A stretch of 64,000 nucleotides of DNA from Clostridia bacterium (GCA_017503525.1 JAFVTA010000061.1:8040-72039), one strand, 5' to 3'; shown: positions 27,522-38,784, counted from the stretch's first letter. Translations and numbers: made by a program. The notes: generated by a model from the letters alone, not told the origin.

Positions 27522-28313
27522 TTATTTCAGCTTGAAAAACAGCGTTTTTGCATTCTCAAAAATGCGTTTTGCAAGCGCCTCCTCTTCTTCTACTCGAAGT
27601 CTTGCCATGTTCTCCACGACGTACTTCACGTTTTTAGGTTCGTTGGGAAATACCCCTCTATACGGTACGGGGGTAAGATACGGACAGTCCGTTTCCGATA
27701 AAAGCAGGTGGGCAGGTATGCGTTCAACACATTCCTGTACCTTTCTCGCGTTTTTGAAGGTGGACGGACCGCCAAAGGAAAAATGCAAGCCGAGCGAGAT
27801 AAACTCCTGCATCATTTCCGCGGAATAGGAATAGCAGTGCATAAGACCGCCGTTGGCTAAAAGGTGCTTGTGCGCTTTTAACAGCTCCAAGGTTTCCTGC
27901 GCGGCGTCACGGCTATGCAGCACCACGGGCAAGCCAAGCTGGTTGGCAAGTTCTAACTGGCGGATAAACAGCTCCCTTTGCACTTCCCGTTCGGGATTGT
28001 CGTCGAAGTGGTAATCCAAGCCGATTTCCCCTACGGCAACGCACTTTTCATGGGCGCAGAGTTTGGCAATTTCGTCCAAATCGCCCTCTTGGTATTTCCC
28101 CAGCTCGCTGGGGTGAAAACCTGCGCAAAAATAAACTTCCTCAAAGCGGTCGGAAAGCTCCATGGCAATCCGCGAGGACGCAAGGTCGAACCCCGAACAA
28201 ATCATTCGTTCCACACCTGCCCCCTTGGCACGGCTTAACACCTCTTCTATTCCGCCGACGGAAAGGTACTCCTCGCCCGTCAAGTGGCAATGTACGTCGA
28301 TCAGCTTAACCAA
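27522..28313 (-). CDS. tatD: TatD family metal-dependent hydrolase
   Basis: 263-aa ORF with LIDVHCHL, GEIGLDYH and VLHSRDA motifs. Confidence 0.92.
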   Translation of the reverse strand: MVKLIDVHCHLTGEEYLSVGGIEEVLSRAKGAGVERMICSGFDLASSRIAMELSDRFEEVYFCAGFHPSELGKYQEGDLDEIAKLCAHEKCVAVGEIGLDYHFDDNPEREVQRELFIRQLELANQLGLPVVLHSRDAAQETLELLKAHKHLLANGGLMHCYSYSAEMMQEFISLGLHFSFGGPSTFKNARKVQECVERIPAHLLLSETDCPYLTPVPYRGVFPNEPKNVKYVVENMARLRVEEEEALAKRIFENAKTLFFKLK

Positions 28314-30291
28314 GACGAGTACCGCTTTGTACGTCTTTTTCAGGGGTCACAAGAGAAAGCGTACCCGTTTCGTCTTCCGCCGCCAAAATCATACCCTCGG
28401 ACATAATTCCGCATACCTTTCTAGGCGCAAGGTTGGTGACGAACACTACCTTTTTACCGACCATTTCCTCGGGACTGTAATGTTTAGCAATCCCCGACAC
28501 AATCGTACGGACTTCTTCGCCGAACTTCACCGTTTCTTTTAACAGCTTGTTGGACTTGGGTACAGGTTCGCAAGCGATAATTTCGCCCACTTTAAGCTCT
28601 ACCTTTACAAAATCGTCGAAGGTAATTTCGGGGGTTTTTTCTTGTACTTCTTCCACCTTGGGGTCCTCCTGTTTAGGCTCCGTTTTCGCCTGTTCCGCCG
28701 CGTATGCCGCAGCTTGCTCCGCACGGATTTTTTCAATCTCGGGCGCGAGGGTTTTAAAATCAATTCGAGCGAACAAGGGCGCAATCGCCGTCACCGTCAC
28801 GCTGTCGCGAATACCGAATTTTTCGCAATCTTCCAAACTTCTGCTTGCACCGCCGTACGCCGCGAAAATCTTTTCCGCCGTTTCGGGCATAAAGCTGTCG
28901 AGCAAGCTTGCGCCGATTTGAATTGCCTCGGCAAGGTTATACAGAACGTCGTTCAAACGGTTCTTTTTCGCCTCGTCCTTCGCAAGCGCCCAAGGCATGG
29001 TTTCGTCAATGTACTTGTTTGCACGTCTAAACAGCGAGAATACTTCCGAAATCGCGTCCGCGATACGCAGCTCGTCCGCCTTTGCGCGCACCTTGCTTAC
29101 CGTACCCGTGACCGTCGCTTTAAATTCCGCGTCGGGGTCTTCTTCATTTGCAGACAGGGATTTCACTACCGTGCCGCCGAAGTATTTGTCAATCATGGCA
29201 ATCGTTCTGCTCACGAGGTTGCCAAGCACGTTGGCAAGCTCGGTATTGAAACGCTCGGCAACAAGCTCCCAAGTAATTTGCCCGTCGTTGTCAAAAGGCA
29301 TTTCATGAAGCACGAAATAACGCACCGCGTCCACGCCGAATAAGCGCGCCAAATCGTCCGCGTAAATGACGTTGCCCTTGGATTTACTCATTTTGCCGTC
29401 ACCCTGCAACAGCCAAGGATGGCCGAATACCTGTTTAGGCAAAGGTTCGCCCAGCGCCATAAGGAAAATGGGCCAGTAAATGGTATGGAAACGCAAAATA
29501 TCCTTACCGATTAAGTGCAAATCCGCAGGCCAGAACTTCTTATACTGCTCGCTGTGGTTGCCGTCTACGTCGTAGCCGATACCCGTGATATAGTTGCTGA
29601 GCGCATCCATCCAAACGTAGGTGACGTGACGGGGGTCGAACTCCACGGGGATACCCCAAGTAAAGGAAGTACGGGATACGCACAAATCCTGCAAACCCTT
29701 TAAAAGGAAGTTGTTCATCATCTCGTTTTTACGGGATACGGGTTGAATAAACTCGGGGTGGGTGTTGATATGCTCGATGAGTTTGTCCGCATACTTGCCC
29801 ATTTTGAAGAAGTACGCCTCTTCGCGCGCAGGCTTAACCTCCCGTCCGCAATCGGGGCATTTTCCGTCCACGAGCTGGCTTTCCGTCCAGAAGGATTCGC
29901 AAGGCGTACAGTACATACCCTCGTAATAGCCCTTGTAAATATCCCCTTGGTCGTAGAATTTTTTGAACATTTTCCCGACCTGTTTCATATGGTCTTCGTC
30001 CGTCGTACGAATAAACTTATCGTAGGAAGTACCGACGAGATCCCAAATCCCCTTGATATCCCCTGCGATTTTATCCACGTAGGCTTGCGGCGTGACGCCT
30101 GCCGCCTCTGCTTTTTCTTGAATTTTTTGACCGTGCTCGTCCGTACCCGTTTGGAAAAATACCTCGTAGCCCTCTTTGCGCTTAAAGCACGCAATCGCGT
30201 CCGCGAGGATCGCCTCGTAAGTGTTGCCGATGTGAGGTTTTCCCGAAGTATAGGCGATAGCCGTCGTAATGTAATAAGGTTTCTTTGCCAT
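28306..30291 (-). CDS. metG: Methionine--tRNA ligase with C-terminal tRNA-binding (EMAP-like) domain
   Basis: ORF 28306..30333 with start moved to ATG 30291 after AAGGAG. HIGN and KMSKS motifs; zinc knuckle CPDCG. Confidence 0.95.
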   Translation of the reverse strand: MAKKPYYITTAIAYTSGKPHIGNTYEAILADAIACFKRKEGYEVFFQTGTDEHGQKIQEKAEAAGVTPQAYVDKIAGDIKGIWDLVGTSYDKFIRTTDEDHMKQVGKMFKKFYDQGDIYKGYYEGMYCTPCESFWTESQLVDGKCPDCGREVKPAREEAYFFKMGKYADKLIEHINTHPEFIQPVSRKNEMMNNFLLKGLQDLCVSRTSFTWGIPVEFDPRHVTYVWMDALSNYITGIGYDVDGNHSEQYKKFWPADLHLIGKDILRFHTIYWPIFLMALGEPLPKQVFGHPWLLQGDGKMSKSKGNVIYADDLARLFGVDAVRYFVLHEMPFDNDGQITWELVAERFNTELANVLGNLVSRTIAMIDKYFGGTVVKSLSANEEDPDAEFKATVTGTVSKVRAKADELRIADAISEVFSLFRRANKYIDETMPWALAKDEAKKNRLNDVLYNLAEAIQIGASLLDSFMPETAEKIFAAYGGASRSLEDCEKFGIRDSVTVTAIAPLFARIDFKTLAPEIEKIRAEQAAAYAAEQAKTEPKQEDPKVEEVQEKTPEITFDDFVKVELKVGEIIACEPVPKSNKLLKETVKFGEEVRTIVSGIAKHYSPEEMVGKKVVFVTNLAPRKVCGIMSEGMILAAEDETGTLSLVTPEKDVQSGTRLG

Positions 30292-30415
30292 AAAAGCACT
30301 CTCCTTTACCGCTTTGCATAATTTCCTTTTCATTATATACTTTTTTTATAAAAAAGTAAATCGTTTTTTTCCCCTTTGATACATTTTGTCCCGCCCCTTG
30401 CGCATATAGTATGGC

Positions 30416-31033
30416 ATGAACGCACTTTTTTCTTTGCTTTTCGCCATTTGTACCCTGCTCCTTTTGTATATCTCCCCCGAAACCTTCCTGCCTGCCCTCT
30501 TGGACGGAGCAAGCAAAGGCGCGGCGGTTTGCGTTTCCCTCGTCGCCACCTATTCCGTGTGGCTGGGGCTTATGCAGGTATGGGAAGACAGCGGCGTGAC
30601 GAGGGCGGTTTCCAAGCTCGTCAAGCCCTTTGCAAAACGGCTGTTCAAAACGGACGACGAAGAGGCGTTAAAAGCCGTTAGCATGAACATGTCCGTCAAC
30701 CTTTTAGGAATTTCGGGCGCGGCAACCCCCTACGGCGTAAAAGCCGCAAACCTCTTGGATAAAACGAAAAACGCCGAGTATTCCTCGGCAATGCTCTTCG
30801 TTTTAAACGCCACTTCCTTGCAGCTTATTCCCACCTCGATTATCGCAGTCCGCGTGGCGTTAAAGAGCGCAAACCCCACCGACATCGTTATCCCCACCAT
30901 TCTTGCCACCCTGCTGTCCACAATTTTAGGAATTATTTTAACCAAACTCTTTATTAAGGACGAAAAAGCAAGGGACACGGGTCGGGTTTGTATGCCGAAA
31001 AGGTTGCAAACAAAGGGGGCAGGTACGAGATGA
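30416..31033 (+). CDS. spmA: Nucleoside-recognition (Gate) domain membrane protein, SpmA-like
   Basis: 205-aa polytopic ORF, paired with an overlapping SpmB-like ORF. Confidence 0.8.
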   Translation: MNALFSLLFAICTLLLLYISPETFLPALLDGASKGAAVCVSLVATYSVWLGLMQVWEDSGVTRAVSKLVKPFAKRLFKTDDEEALKAVSMNMSVNLLGISGAATPYGVKAANLLDKTKNAEYSSAMLFVLNATSLQLIPTSIIAVRVALKSANPTDIVIPTILATLLSTILGIILTKLFIKDEKARDTGRVCMPKRLQTKGAGTR

Positions 31034-31545
31034 ATTATCTTTTGGGTCTAATCGTACCTATCATTTTTCTCGCCTCGTTTCTCTTTGCAATCTTTCGCAA
31101 GGTCAAAATTTACGACAGCTTCACGCAAGGGGTAAAGGGCGCAATCCCCCTCATTTTATCCATTTTTCCCTATATCGCCGCTGTCACCATGCTTTGTAAA
31201 CTGCTTGAGGTAAGCGGACTGGAAAAGGCGCTTACCAGCTGGGTTGCGCCCCTTTTTTCCTTTACGGGTATCCCCGAAGAAATCGCTCCCCTCGTGATTA
31301 TGAAGCCTCTTTCGGGGAGCGGCTCTATCGCCGTGTTAACGCAAATTTTAGAACGCTACGGCGTAGACAGCTACGCCGCGCGCTGCGCCTGCGTTGCCTA
31401 TGGCACTTCGGATACCGCCTTTTATATCGGCGCGGTGTACTTCGCAGGTTTGGAACGAAAAAAAATGACAACCGCGCTTGTCATTTCCCTGTTTTCCTTT
31501 CTTATTTCTGTGATTTTTAGCTGTTTCCTTTGCCGAATTATGTGA
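31030..31545 (+). CDS. spmB: Spore maturation protein B-like membrane protein
   Basis: ORF 30988..31545 with start moved to ATG 31030 (ATGA overlap with the spmA stop): MNYLLGLIVPIIFL... Confidence 0.8.
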   Translation: MNYLLGLIVPIIFLASFLFAIFRKVKIYDSFTQGVKGAIPLILSIFPYIAAVTMLCKLLEVSGLEKALTSWVAPLFSFTGIPEEIAPLVIMKPLSGSGSIAVLTQILERYGVDSYAARCACVAYGTSDTAFYIGAVYFAGLERKKMTTALVISLFSFLISVIFSCFLCRIM

Positions 31546-31674
31546 ATTTATGTGACAAAAGTGTGAAAATGTTATTTTTTCACACTTTTTGCTTATACCT
31601 ATTTGTTTTTAAAGAAAAAAATTTTTTGATAAATTTTCCTTTACTTTTTTGGTTGGGCGTGATAGAATATAGCT

Positions 31675-31785
31675 GTAAATCGGTTGGGGATACCCACCGT
31701 ATAAAACAGCTCATCATTTTCCCCCTTATCATATGATTACCGCCTTGAAATCGCTAAGATTTCGAGGCGGTAATCTTTTTTGTGT
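31675..31785 (+). ncRNA. Candidate small RNA with C-rich single-stranded stretch
   Basis: TTTACT-N17-(TGa)TAGAAT promoter at 31640..31668. 5' hairpin AGCUGU...ACAGCU enclosing CGGU(U)GGG-GAUA-CCCACCG. UUUUCCCCCUU stretch. 18-bp terminator hairpin 31735..31775 with one U-G pair, then T6. No ORF, no downstream plus-strand gene. Confidence 0.4.
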
Positions 31786-31797
31786 TTTCAACGCGTT

Positions 31798-33162
31798 TTA
31801 TAATACGCAATGCCCTCTTTCCTGGATAACGGCAATCACTTCGTCCACGAATTTATGGCAAAGCGCCTCGCTGTCCGCTTCGACCATAACGCGCACGACG
31901 GGTTCCGTACCCGATTCGCGTACCAAAATTCTGCCGTTCGCGCCAAGCGCTTTTTCTACGCGCTCAACCGCCGCGCAAACGTCCTTATCCCCGCGCGCCG
32001 CTTTCTTATCCTTGACCCGAACGTTTTTGAGCACTTGGGGATACACTTTCATAGGCGAGGCAAGCTTGGAGAGGGTAGTTTTTTGATCCAGCATAGCTTG
32101 CATGACCTTTAAGCTGGTTAAAATCCCGTCCCCTGTGCAGGCGTACTTGGAAAAGATAATATGCCCCGACTGTTCTCCGCCTAAAATATACCCTTTCTCA
32201 TTCATGCGCTCGTATACGTACTTATCCCCCACCGCCGTCTTTTCGTAAGCAATCCCCAGCTCGTCAAGCGCCTTATACAAGCCGAAGTTAGACATCACGG
32301 TGGTGACGAGGGTATTATCGATTAGTTCTCCGCGCCCCTTCATATACCGTGCGTAAATATACATGATTTGGTCGCCGTCGACGAGGTTTCCCTTTTCGTC
32401 TACACACAAACACCTATCCGCATCGCCGTCAAAGGCAAACCCGATATCCAAGCCCTTCTCCGCGACGAATTTTTGCAAGTTTTCAATATGCGTAGAACCG
32501 CAACCTTTGTTGATATTCGTACCGTCTGGCTCTGCGCCGATTACAAAGGTAGTTGCCCCCAAAGCGTCAAATACCGTTTTGGCAATCTCCCAAGCACTCC
32601 CGTTGGCGCAGTCCAAGCCCACCTTAATCCCCTTGAAGGAATAAATCCCCAGCGAAATTAAATACCCCACGTAGCGGTTTCTGCCGGCTACGTAGTCCAC
32701 CGTCTTGCCGATATCCGCACCCATGGCGTAGGGTACTTCCTTGTTGCCGTCAAGGTACGCTTCGACAAGCTCAATCACCCCCTCGTCTATTTTTTCGCCT
32801 TGACCGTTAAACAGCTTAATGCCGTTGTCGTAAAAGGGGTTATGGCTGGCGGAAATCATAATACCGCAATCAAACCCTTCGGCGCGTACTACGTACGCCA
32901 CCGACGGCGTGGTAGTCACGTGGAGCATATACGCGTCCGCGCCCGATGCCACCAAGCCCCCGACAAGGGCATACTCGAACATATAACTGGAACGCCGAGT
33001 GTCCTTTCCAAGCACCACCCTCGCCCGACCGTTTTCTCCGCGTTGGCGTTTGAGCTCGGTAAAATACCAGCCCAAAAACCGCCCGACCTTAAAAGCGCGC
33101 TCCGCCGTTAAAACGTTGTTCGCCTCACCGCGAAACCCGTCCGTTCCAAAATATTTACCCAT
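31798..33162 (-). CDS. glmM: Phosphoglucosamine mutase
   Basis: 454-aa ORF with MGKYFGTDGFRG and the active-site loop SASHNP. Confidence 0.96.
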   Translation of the reverse strand: MGKYFGTDGFRGEANNVLTAERAFKVGRFLGWYFTELKRQRGENGRARVVLGKDTRRSSYMFEYALVGGLVASGADAYMLHVTTTPSVAYVVRAEGFDCGIMISASHNPFYDNGIKLFNGQGEKIDEGVIELVEAYLDGNKEVPYAMGADIGKTVDYVAGRNRYVGYLISLGIYSFKGIKVGLDCANGSAWEIAKTVFDALGATTFVIGAEPDGTNINKGCGSTHIENLQKFVAEKGLDIGFAFDGDADRCLCVDEKGNLVDGDQIMYIYARYMKGRGELIDNTLVTTVMSNFGLYKALDELGIAYEKTAVGDKYVYERMNEKGYILGGEQSGHIIFSKYACTGDGILTSLKVMQAMLDQKTTLSKLASPMKVYPQVLKNVRVKDKKAARGDKDVCAAVERVEKALGANGRILVRESGTEPVVRVMVEADSEALCHKFVDEVIAVIQERGHCVL

Positions 33163-33164
33163 TC

Positions 33165-33812
33165 CTATCCCCTCTTTTTTACAATTTCGCCCTGTTTTTT
33201 ATAAATGGAATTTTCCGCAACCACGCCTCGCACCGAGGAAAGCGGATACACACTGCTCCCCCTGCCGATAACCGTACCGGGATTAAGCACACTATTACAA
33301 CCGATTTCCACAAAATCGCCAAGCATAGCACCAGCCTTTTTAAGCCCGTTATCCACGCCGTCTACGCGCACGGGCGTTTTGTCCGATTTGACGTTAGAAG
33401 TGATAGAGCCTGCACCCATGTGCGCCTTGAAACCCAAAATGCTATCCCCGACGTAGTTGTAGTGAGGCACTTGTACACCGTCGAATAGGATAACGTTTTT
33501 TAATTCCGTAGAATTGCCTACCACGCACCCTTCACCGATTAGCGCACTGCCTCTAATAAAAGCGCAGTGGCGCACTTCGGTGTTTGCGCCGATAATGCAC
33601 GGCGCGTGGATGGTAGCGGTAGGCGCGATATTCGCGCTCTTATGCACCCAGACCTCGGGGGATATTTCCTTATAATCCGCGCCTAAATACCGACCTCGTT
33701 CGCGTATAAAATCTTTTATTGCGGACAACGCCTGCCAAGGATAGTCAAAACATTGCAAATAAGCCTTTGCTATCGTATGGTCTAAATCAAATAACTCTTG
33801 AACGGTATACAT
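33165..33812 (-). CDS. Left-handed beta-helix (hexapeptide repeat) transferase-like protein
   Basis: ORF 33165..33893 with start moved to ATG 33812 (MYTVQELF). Repeated [LIV]-G-x4 hexapeptides. Adjacent to glmM, so possibly GlmU-C-terminal-like. Confidence 0.65.
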   Translation of the reverse strand: MYTVQELFDLDHTIAKAYLQCFDYPWQALSAIKDFIRERGRYLGADYKEISPEVWVHKSANIAPTATIHAPCIIGANTEVRHCAFIRGSALIGEGCVVGNSTELKNVILFDGVQVPHYNYVGDSILGFKAHMGAGSITSNVKSDKTPVRVDGVDNGLKKAGAMLGDFVEIGCNSVLNPGTVIGRGSSVYPLSSVRGVVAENSIYKKQGEIVKKRG

Positions 33813-33902
33813 ACTATATAAGTATGCGCATATTGTATCGTTTTGCGAATAAAAAAATAACCCCTCGCCTTTTAACAGGCGAGGGGTTCGCATTTTTAAG
33901 GA

Positions 33903-35681
33903 TTAGTTTGCGCAATTCTTTTTAAGGATTTCAAGGTTTTCCATGATTTCCTTAGGCATCTTGTCGCCGAAGTTTTCTGCGTAGTAAGCGGTGATTTCTT
34001 CCGCTTCCGCCGCCCAACGAGCTTTGTCAACTACAAGGAGCTTATCAAGCGTTGCCGCATCGATATCGCAGTTTTCGATATTGATATCCTTTGCGTAAGG
34101 AAGGTAGCCGATTGCCGTTTCCTGTGCATCAACCTTGTTTTCGCAACGGTCCAAAATCCAGTCAAGCACGCGCATGTTATCGCCGAAGCCGGGCCACATG
34201 AAGTTGCCGTTTTCGTCTTGACGGAACCAGTTAACGTTGAAGATCTTGGGCTGCTTTTCAGCAGGAACTTTCGCACCCATATCGATCCAGTGCTGGAAGT
34301 AGCGATCTACGGAGTAGCCCATGAAAGGTTTCATTGCCATGGGGTCGTGGCGAAGTACGCCTACTGCACCCGTAGCAGCCGCCGTCGTTTCAGAGGACAT
34401 GATCGTACCAACGAACGTACCGTGGTTCCAGTCGCGGGATTGATATACGAGAGGCGTGGTGGTTGCTCTTCTGCCGCCGAAGATAATCGCGGAAAGAGGC
34501 ACGCCTTCCTTGGAGTTGAATGCAGGGGAAATGCAAGGGCAGTTTTCTGCAGGTGCGGTGAAACGGGAGTTGGGGTGCGCTGCATTGCGGCCGCAATCAG
34601 GCGTCCAAGGCTTACCCGTCCAGTCGATAAGGTTTGCAGGAGCTTGCTTGGTCAATTTTTCCCACCAAACGGTGTTATCCGCAGGGTTGAGCGCAACGTT
34701 GGTGAAAATCGTACCCTTTCTCGTGGAAGCCAACGCGTTGGGGTTGGATTTTTCGTTGGTACCGGGAGCAACGCCGAAGAAACCGTTTTCGGGGTTGCAA
34801 GCCCAAAGTCTGCCGTCTTCGCCTACGCGGATCCAAGCGATATCGTCGCCTACGCACTGTACTTCGTAGCCAGCATCAAGATACTGCTTGGGAGGAATGA
34901 GCATTGCGAGGTTGGTCTTACCGCAAGCGGAAGGGAACGCTGCCGCAACGTATTTCATTTCCTTGTCTTGAGGACGCTTTACGCCCAAGATAAGCATGTG
35001 TTCTGCCATCCAGCCTTCCTTTCTGCCGAGGTTGGTAGCGATACGAAGAGCAAAGCACTTTTTACCGAGAAGTACGTTGCCGCCGTAAGCGGAGTTCACG
35101 GAAATAATCGTGTTGTCTTCGGGGAAGTGCATGATATATCTCTTTTCGGGGTCTACGTTGCACTTCGCGTGGAAACCTTTAACGAAGTCGCCGTCTGCGC
35201 CGAGCGCGTCAAGGCACATTTTGCCTACTCTCGTCATGATCATCATGTTGAGTACGACGTAAATGGAATCGGTGATTTCAATACCGATTTTGGAGAAAGG
35301 AGAACCTACTACGCCCATGGAATAGGGAATAACGTACATCGTTCTGCCTTTGTAAGCGCCTTTTGCGATTTCGTTAACCATCGCGTAAGCGTCTTTGGGC
35401 GCTTTCCATTTAACGATGGAATGAGGAAGCGCATCTTCTTCATTTTCACAGCAAATAAAGGTTCTATCTTCTACACGCGCAACGTCGTTTTCAGCCGTTC
35501 TGTGGTAGTAGCAGTCGGGAAGAAGTTCTTGGTTGAGCTTAATCATTTCGCCCGTAGCGCAAGCTTCTTCTCTCAAAGCGTCTCTCTGTGCGTCGCTGCC
35601 GTCAATCCAAACGACTTTGTCAGGCTGAACAAACGCTTGGCAATCTGCAACGAATTGGAGCACTTTCTTGTTGTTGGTCAT
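33903..35681 (-). CDS. pckG: Phosphoenolpyruvate carboxykinase (GTP)
   Basis: 592-aa ORF with kinase-1a loop SACGKTNLAM and GTP-PEPCK-type sequence throughout. Confidence 0.93.
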   Translation of the reverse strand: MTNNKKVLQFVADCQAFVQPDKVVWIDGSDAQRDALREEACATGEMIKLNQELLPDCYYHRTAENDVARVEDRTFICCENEEDALPHSIVKWKAPKDAYAMVNEIAKGAYKGRTMYVIPYSMGVVGSPFSKIGIEITDSIYVVLNMMIMTRVGKMCLDALGADGDFVKGFHAKCNVDPEKRYIMHFPEDNTIISVNSAYGGNVLLGKKCFALRIATNLGRKEGWMAEHMLILGVKRPQDKEMKYVAAAFPSACGKTNLAMLIPPKQYLDAGYEVQCVGDDIAWIRVGEDGRLWACNPENGFFGVAPGTNEKSNPNALASTRKGTIFTNVALNPADNTVWWEKLTKQAPANLIDWTGKPWTPDCGRNAAHPNSRFTAPAENCPCISPAFNSKEGVPLSAIIFGGRRATTTPLVYQSRDWNHGTFVGTIMSSETTAAATGAVGVLRHDPMAMKPFMGYSVDRYFQHWIDMGAKVPAEKQPKIFNVNWFRQDENGNFMWPGFGDNMRVLDWILDRCENKVDAQETAIGYLPYAKDINIENCDIDAATLDKLLVVDKARWAAEAEEITAYYAENFGDKMPKEIMENLEILKKNCAN

Positions 35682-35884
35682 AATTCTATCTCCTTTATGA
35701 ATGATAAATATTTTTTTCTAATTTTACCGTAAAAACCGTACCTTGGCGCGAAAACGCCCAGTCCCCAATTTTCACCAAATACATTATATCATAAATAAAC
35801 GCGCTTGTAAACTGTTTTAAGAAAAAATTTTTTCACTCTTCATAATATTTTGTTTCCTTTTTAAAAATTCATACGGTATTACGA

Positions 35885-35913
35885 TTGACAAAATCCCTCT
35901 ATCGCGTTATACT
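35885..35913 (+). promoter_or_regulatory. Sigma-70-type promoter of proBAC
   Basis: TTGACA-N17-TATACT. Confidence 0.6.
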
Positions 35914-35965
35914 ATATCTAAAAAATGATTTACACGGCGTTATCGAATCGAAAAAAGGAATTGTT

Positions 35966-36736
<771 letters not shown>

Positions 36737-36738
36737 TT

Positions 36739-37977
36739 ATGGCTACAACGCAGGAAATTTTACAGCGGGCGAAAAAGGCGGCAAGTCAGCTTGCCTGCCT
36801 TACCCCCGAACTTAAAAACGAGGCGCTTTTGAAAATGGCGGACGAGTTAGAGCGCAGAAAAGAAGAAATTTTATCCGCCAACGCCGTGGATGTCGAAACG
36901 GCAAAATCCGTCCTCGGCGCGGTAATGATCGACCGACTTGCCTTAAACGAAAAGCGTATTTCCGCTATGGCGCAGGGCATACGCGAAGTGGCGGCTTTGC
37001 CCGATCCTATCGGCAAAGTTCTGGAGGAAAACACCCTACCCAACGGACTGTTCGTGCAAAAAAAGCGCGTACCCTTGGGGGTGGTCGGGATTATTTACGA
37101 AAGCCGTCCCAACGTCACTTCGGATGCAGGCGCATTGTGCTTTAAAAGCGGCAACGTTTGCGTTTTGCGCGGGGGCAGGGATGCGTTCAACTCCTCTTTC
37201 GCCCTTGTGACGATACTGCGCGATACCCTCTCCTCTATGGGGTTAAACCCTGACTTTATCAACGTGTTAGAGGATACTTCCAGGGCAAGCGCCGCCGAAC
37301 TTATGACGGCGGTCGGCTTGGTGGATGCGCTCATTCCAAGAGGGGGTGCAGGGCTAATCCGCGCTTGCGTGGAGAACGCCAAAGTCCCCTGCATTCAAAC
37401 GGGTACAGGCATTTGCCATATCTACGTAGACAAGCACGCAAACGTGGAAAAGGCGCTGAATATTTTAGACAACGCCAAAACTTCCCGACCTTCCGTTTGC
37501 AACGCCGCAGAGGTCTGCCTCGTGCATAAAGAGATTGCGGAAACCTTCCTGCCCCTTATGCAGGAACGCTTGCAAGGCAGGGTAGAACTCCGTTTGGACG
37601 AGAAAGCAGGTCAAATTATCCAAGGTAAAAAGGCAACCGCGCAGGATTTCGACACCGAATTTTTGGATTATATCCTTGCCGTCAAAGTGGTGGATAGCGA
37701 AGAAGAGGCGATTGCGCATATCGCCCAACATTCCACGGGTCACAGCGATTGTATCGTAAGCGAAAACGAACAGGCGCAGGATATATTCACCCTTTGCGTA
37801 GACAGCGCGGCGGTGTACGTCAACGCCTCCACCCGTTTCACGGACGGCGGAGAGTTTGGGAAGGGCTGTGAAATCGGCATTTCCACGCAAAAACTGCACG
37901 CGCGCGGTCCCATGGGTTTAGAAGAGCTTTGTTCTTATAAATATATCGTAAAAGGAACGGGGCAGGTACGAGGTTAA
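36739..37977 (+). CDS. proA: Gamma-glutamyl phosphate reductase
   Basis: ORF 36622..37977 with start moved to ATG 36739 ([14 protein letters not shown]). Aldehyde dehydrogenase fold with catalytic Cys in SRPSVCNA. Confidence 0.93.
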   Translation: MATTQEILQRAKKAASQLACLTPELKNEALLKMADELERRKEEILSANAVDVETAKSVLGAVMIDRLALNEKRISAMAQGIREVAALPDPIGKVLEENTLPNGLFVQKKRVPLGVVGIIYESRPNVTSDAGALCFKSGNVCVLRGGRDAFNSSFALVTILRDTLSSMGLNPDFINVLEDTSRASAAELMTAVGLVDALIPRGGAGLIRACVENAKVPCIQTGTGICHIYVDKHANVEKALNILDNAKTSRPSVCNAAEVCLVHKEIAETFLPLMQERLQGRVELRLDEKAGQIIQGKKATAQDFDTEFLDYILAVKVVDSEEEAIAHIAQHSTGHSDCIVSENEQAQDIFTLCVDSAAVYVNASTRFTDGGEFGKGCEIGISTQKLHARGPMGLEELCSYKYIVKGTGQVRG

Positions 37978-37980
37978 GGT

Positions 37981-38781
37981 ATGATTATGGAATACGAATT
38001 TGGTTTTATCGGTTGCGGAAATATGGGCGGAGCGCTGGCTAGCGCTTGCTTAAAGTCCGTCAAACCCAAAAAAATCGCCGTATGCGATTACGACGAACAA
38101 AAGGTAAACAATTTCAAAGCGCTTGGCGCAAAAGGCGCTACTGCGCAGGAAATCGCGGCAAACGCAAGATTTATCGTGCTTGGGGTAAAACCCCAAGTCA
38201 TGGAAAGCGCCCTCTCCCCCATCGCGCAAGCGTTGCAACAACGCACGGACGCGGTGATTATCACCATGGGCGCAGGCGTATCCATTTCCGCTATCCGTTC
38301 CTTTATCGGTGCGGATTTGCCCGTGATCCGCATTATGCCCAACACCCCTGCCCTCGTTGGCGAGGCTATGATCCTCTATTCGGTTGAGGGTGTGGACGAA
38401 CGGGAAGAAAAGGCATTCTTAAAGGGCTTTGCTATGGCAGGCAAGTTTGACAAAATCCCCGAAAGCGAAATCGATGCGGCAAGCGCGCTGTCGGGCTGCG
38501 GTCCTGCGTTCGTGTACGCGTTCGCGCGCGGACTGGTCAAGGGCGCTTGCAAAAGCGGAGTCCCCGAAGACAAGGCGTTTGCCTACACGGCGCAAACCCT
38601 CATAGGGGCGGCAAAAATGCTGTCCGCCTACGGCGACCCCGATACCTTGATTAAAAACGTATGCTCCCCAGGGGGAACGACGATTGAAGGGATTAAGGCG
38701 CTGGAAAAAGCGGACTTTGACAATATTACCGCCTCGGCTGTCACCGCCGCTTATAAACGAACATTAGAACTTAAAAAATAA
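37981..38781 (+). CDS. proC: Pyrroline-5-carboxylate reductase
   Basis: 266-aa ORF with GFIGCGNMG Rossmann motif and C-terminal SPGGTT. Confidence 0.93.
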   Translation: MIMEYEFGFIGCGNMGGALASACLKSVKPKKIAVCDYDEQKVNNFKALGAKGATAQEIAANARFIVLGVKPQVMESALSPIAQALQQRTDAVIITMGAGVSISAIRSFIGADLPVIRIMPNTPALVGEAMILYSVEGVDEREEKAFLKGFAMAGKFDKIPESEIDAASALSGCGPAFVYAFARGLVKGACKSGVPEDKAFAYTAQTLIGAAKMLSAYGDPDTLIKNVCSPGGTTIEGIKALEKADFDNITASAVTAAYKRTLELKK

Positions 38782-38784
38782 AAT

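Noticed and set aside
27236-27535. Leucine/Phe-rich 99-aa and 240-aa plus-strand ORFs overlapping the radical SAM gene.
   Set aside because: They are the antisense reading of the Q/N/K-rich low-complexity codons (CAA, AAC, AAG repeats give TTG, GTT, CTT). There is no independent signal.
31681-31712. PreQ1-I-like look: a small hairpin followed by an A-rich tail, CGGUUGGGGAUACCCACCGUAUAAAACAGCU.
   Set aside because: The loop is only GAUA, far shorter than the preQ1-I loop. The conserved loop and tail nucleotides are not in register. No gene lies downstream on that strand for a riboswitch to control.
34218-35732. Long antisense ORFs opposite highly conserved genes: the 504-aa ORF opposite pckG, the 576-aa ORF 46883..48613 opposite tsf and rpsB, the 234-aa ORF 12754..13458 opposite feoB, and many others in the track.
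   Set aside because: These are shadow ORFs on the strand opposite well-supported genes. Their composition is skewed (R, F, V, low complexity), they lack RBSs, and they have no recognisable domains.
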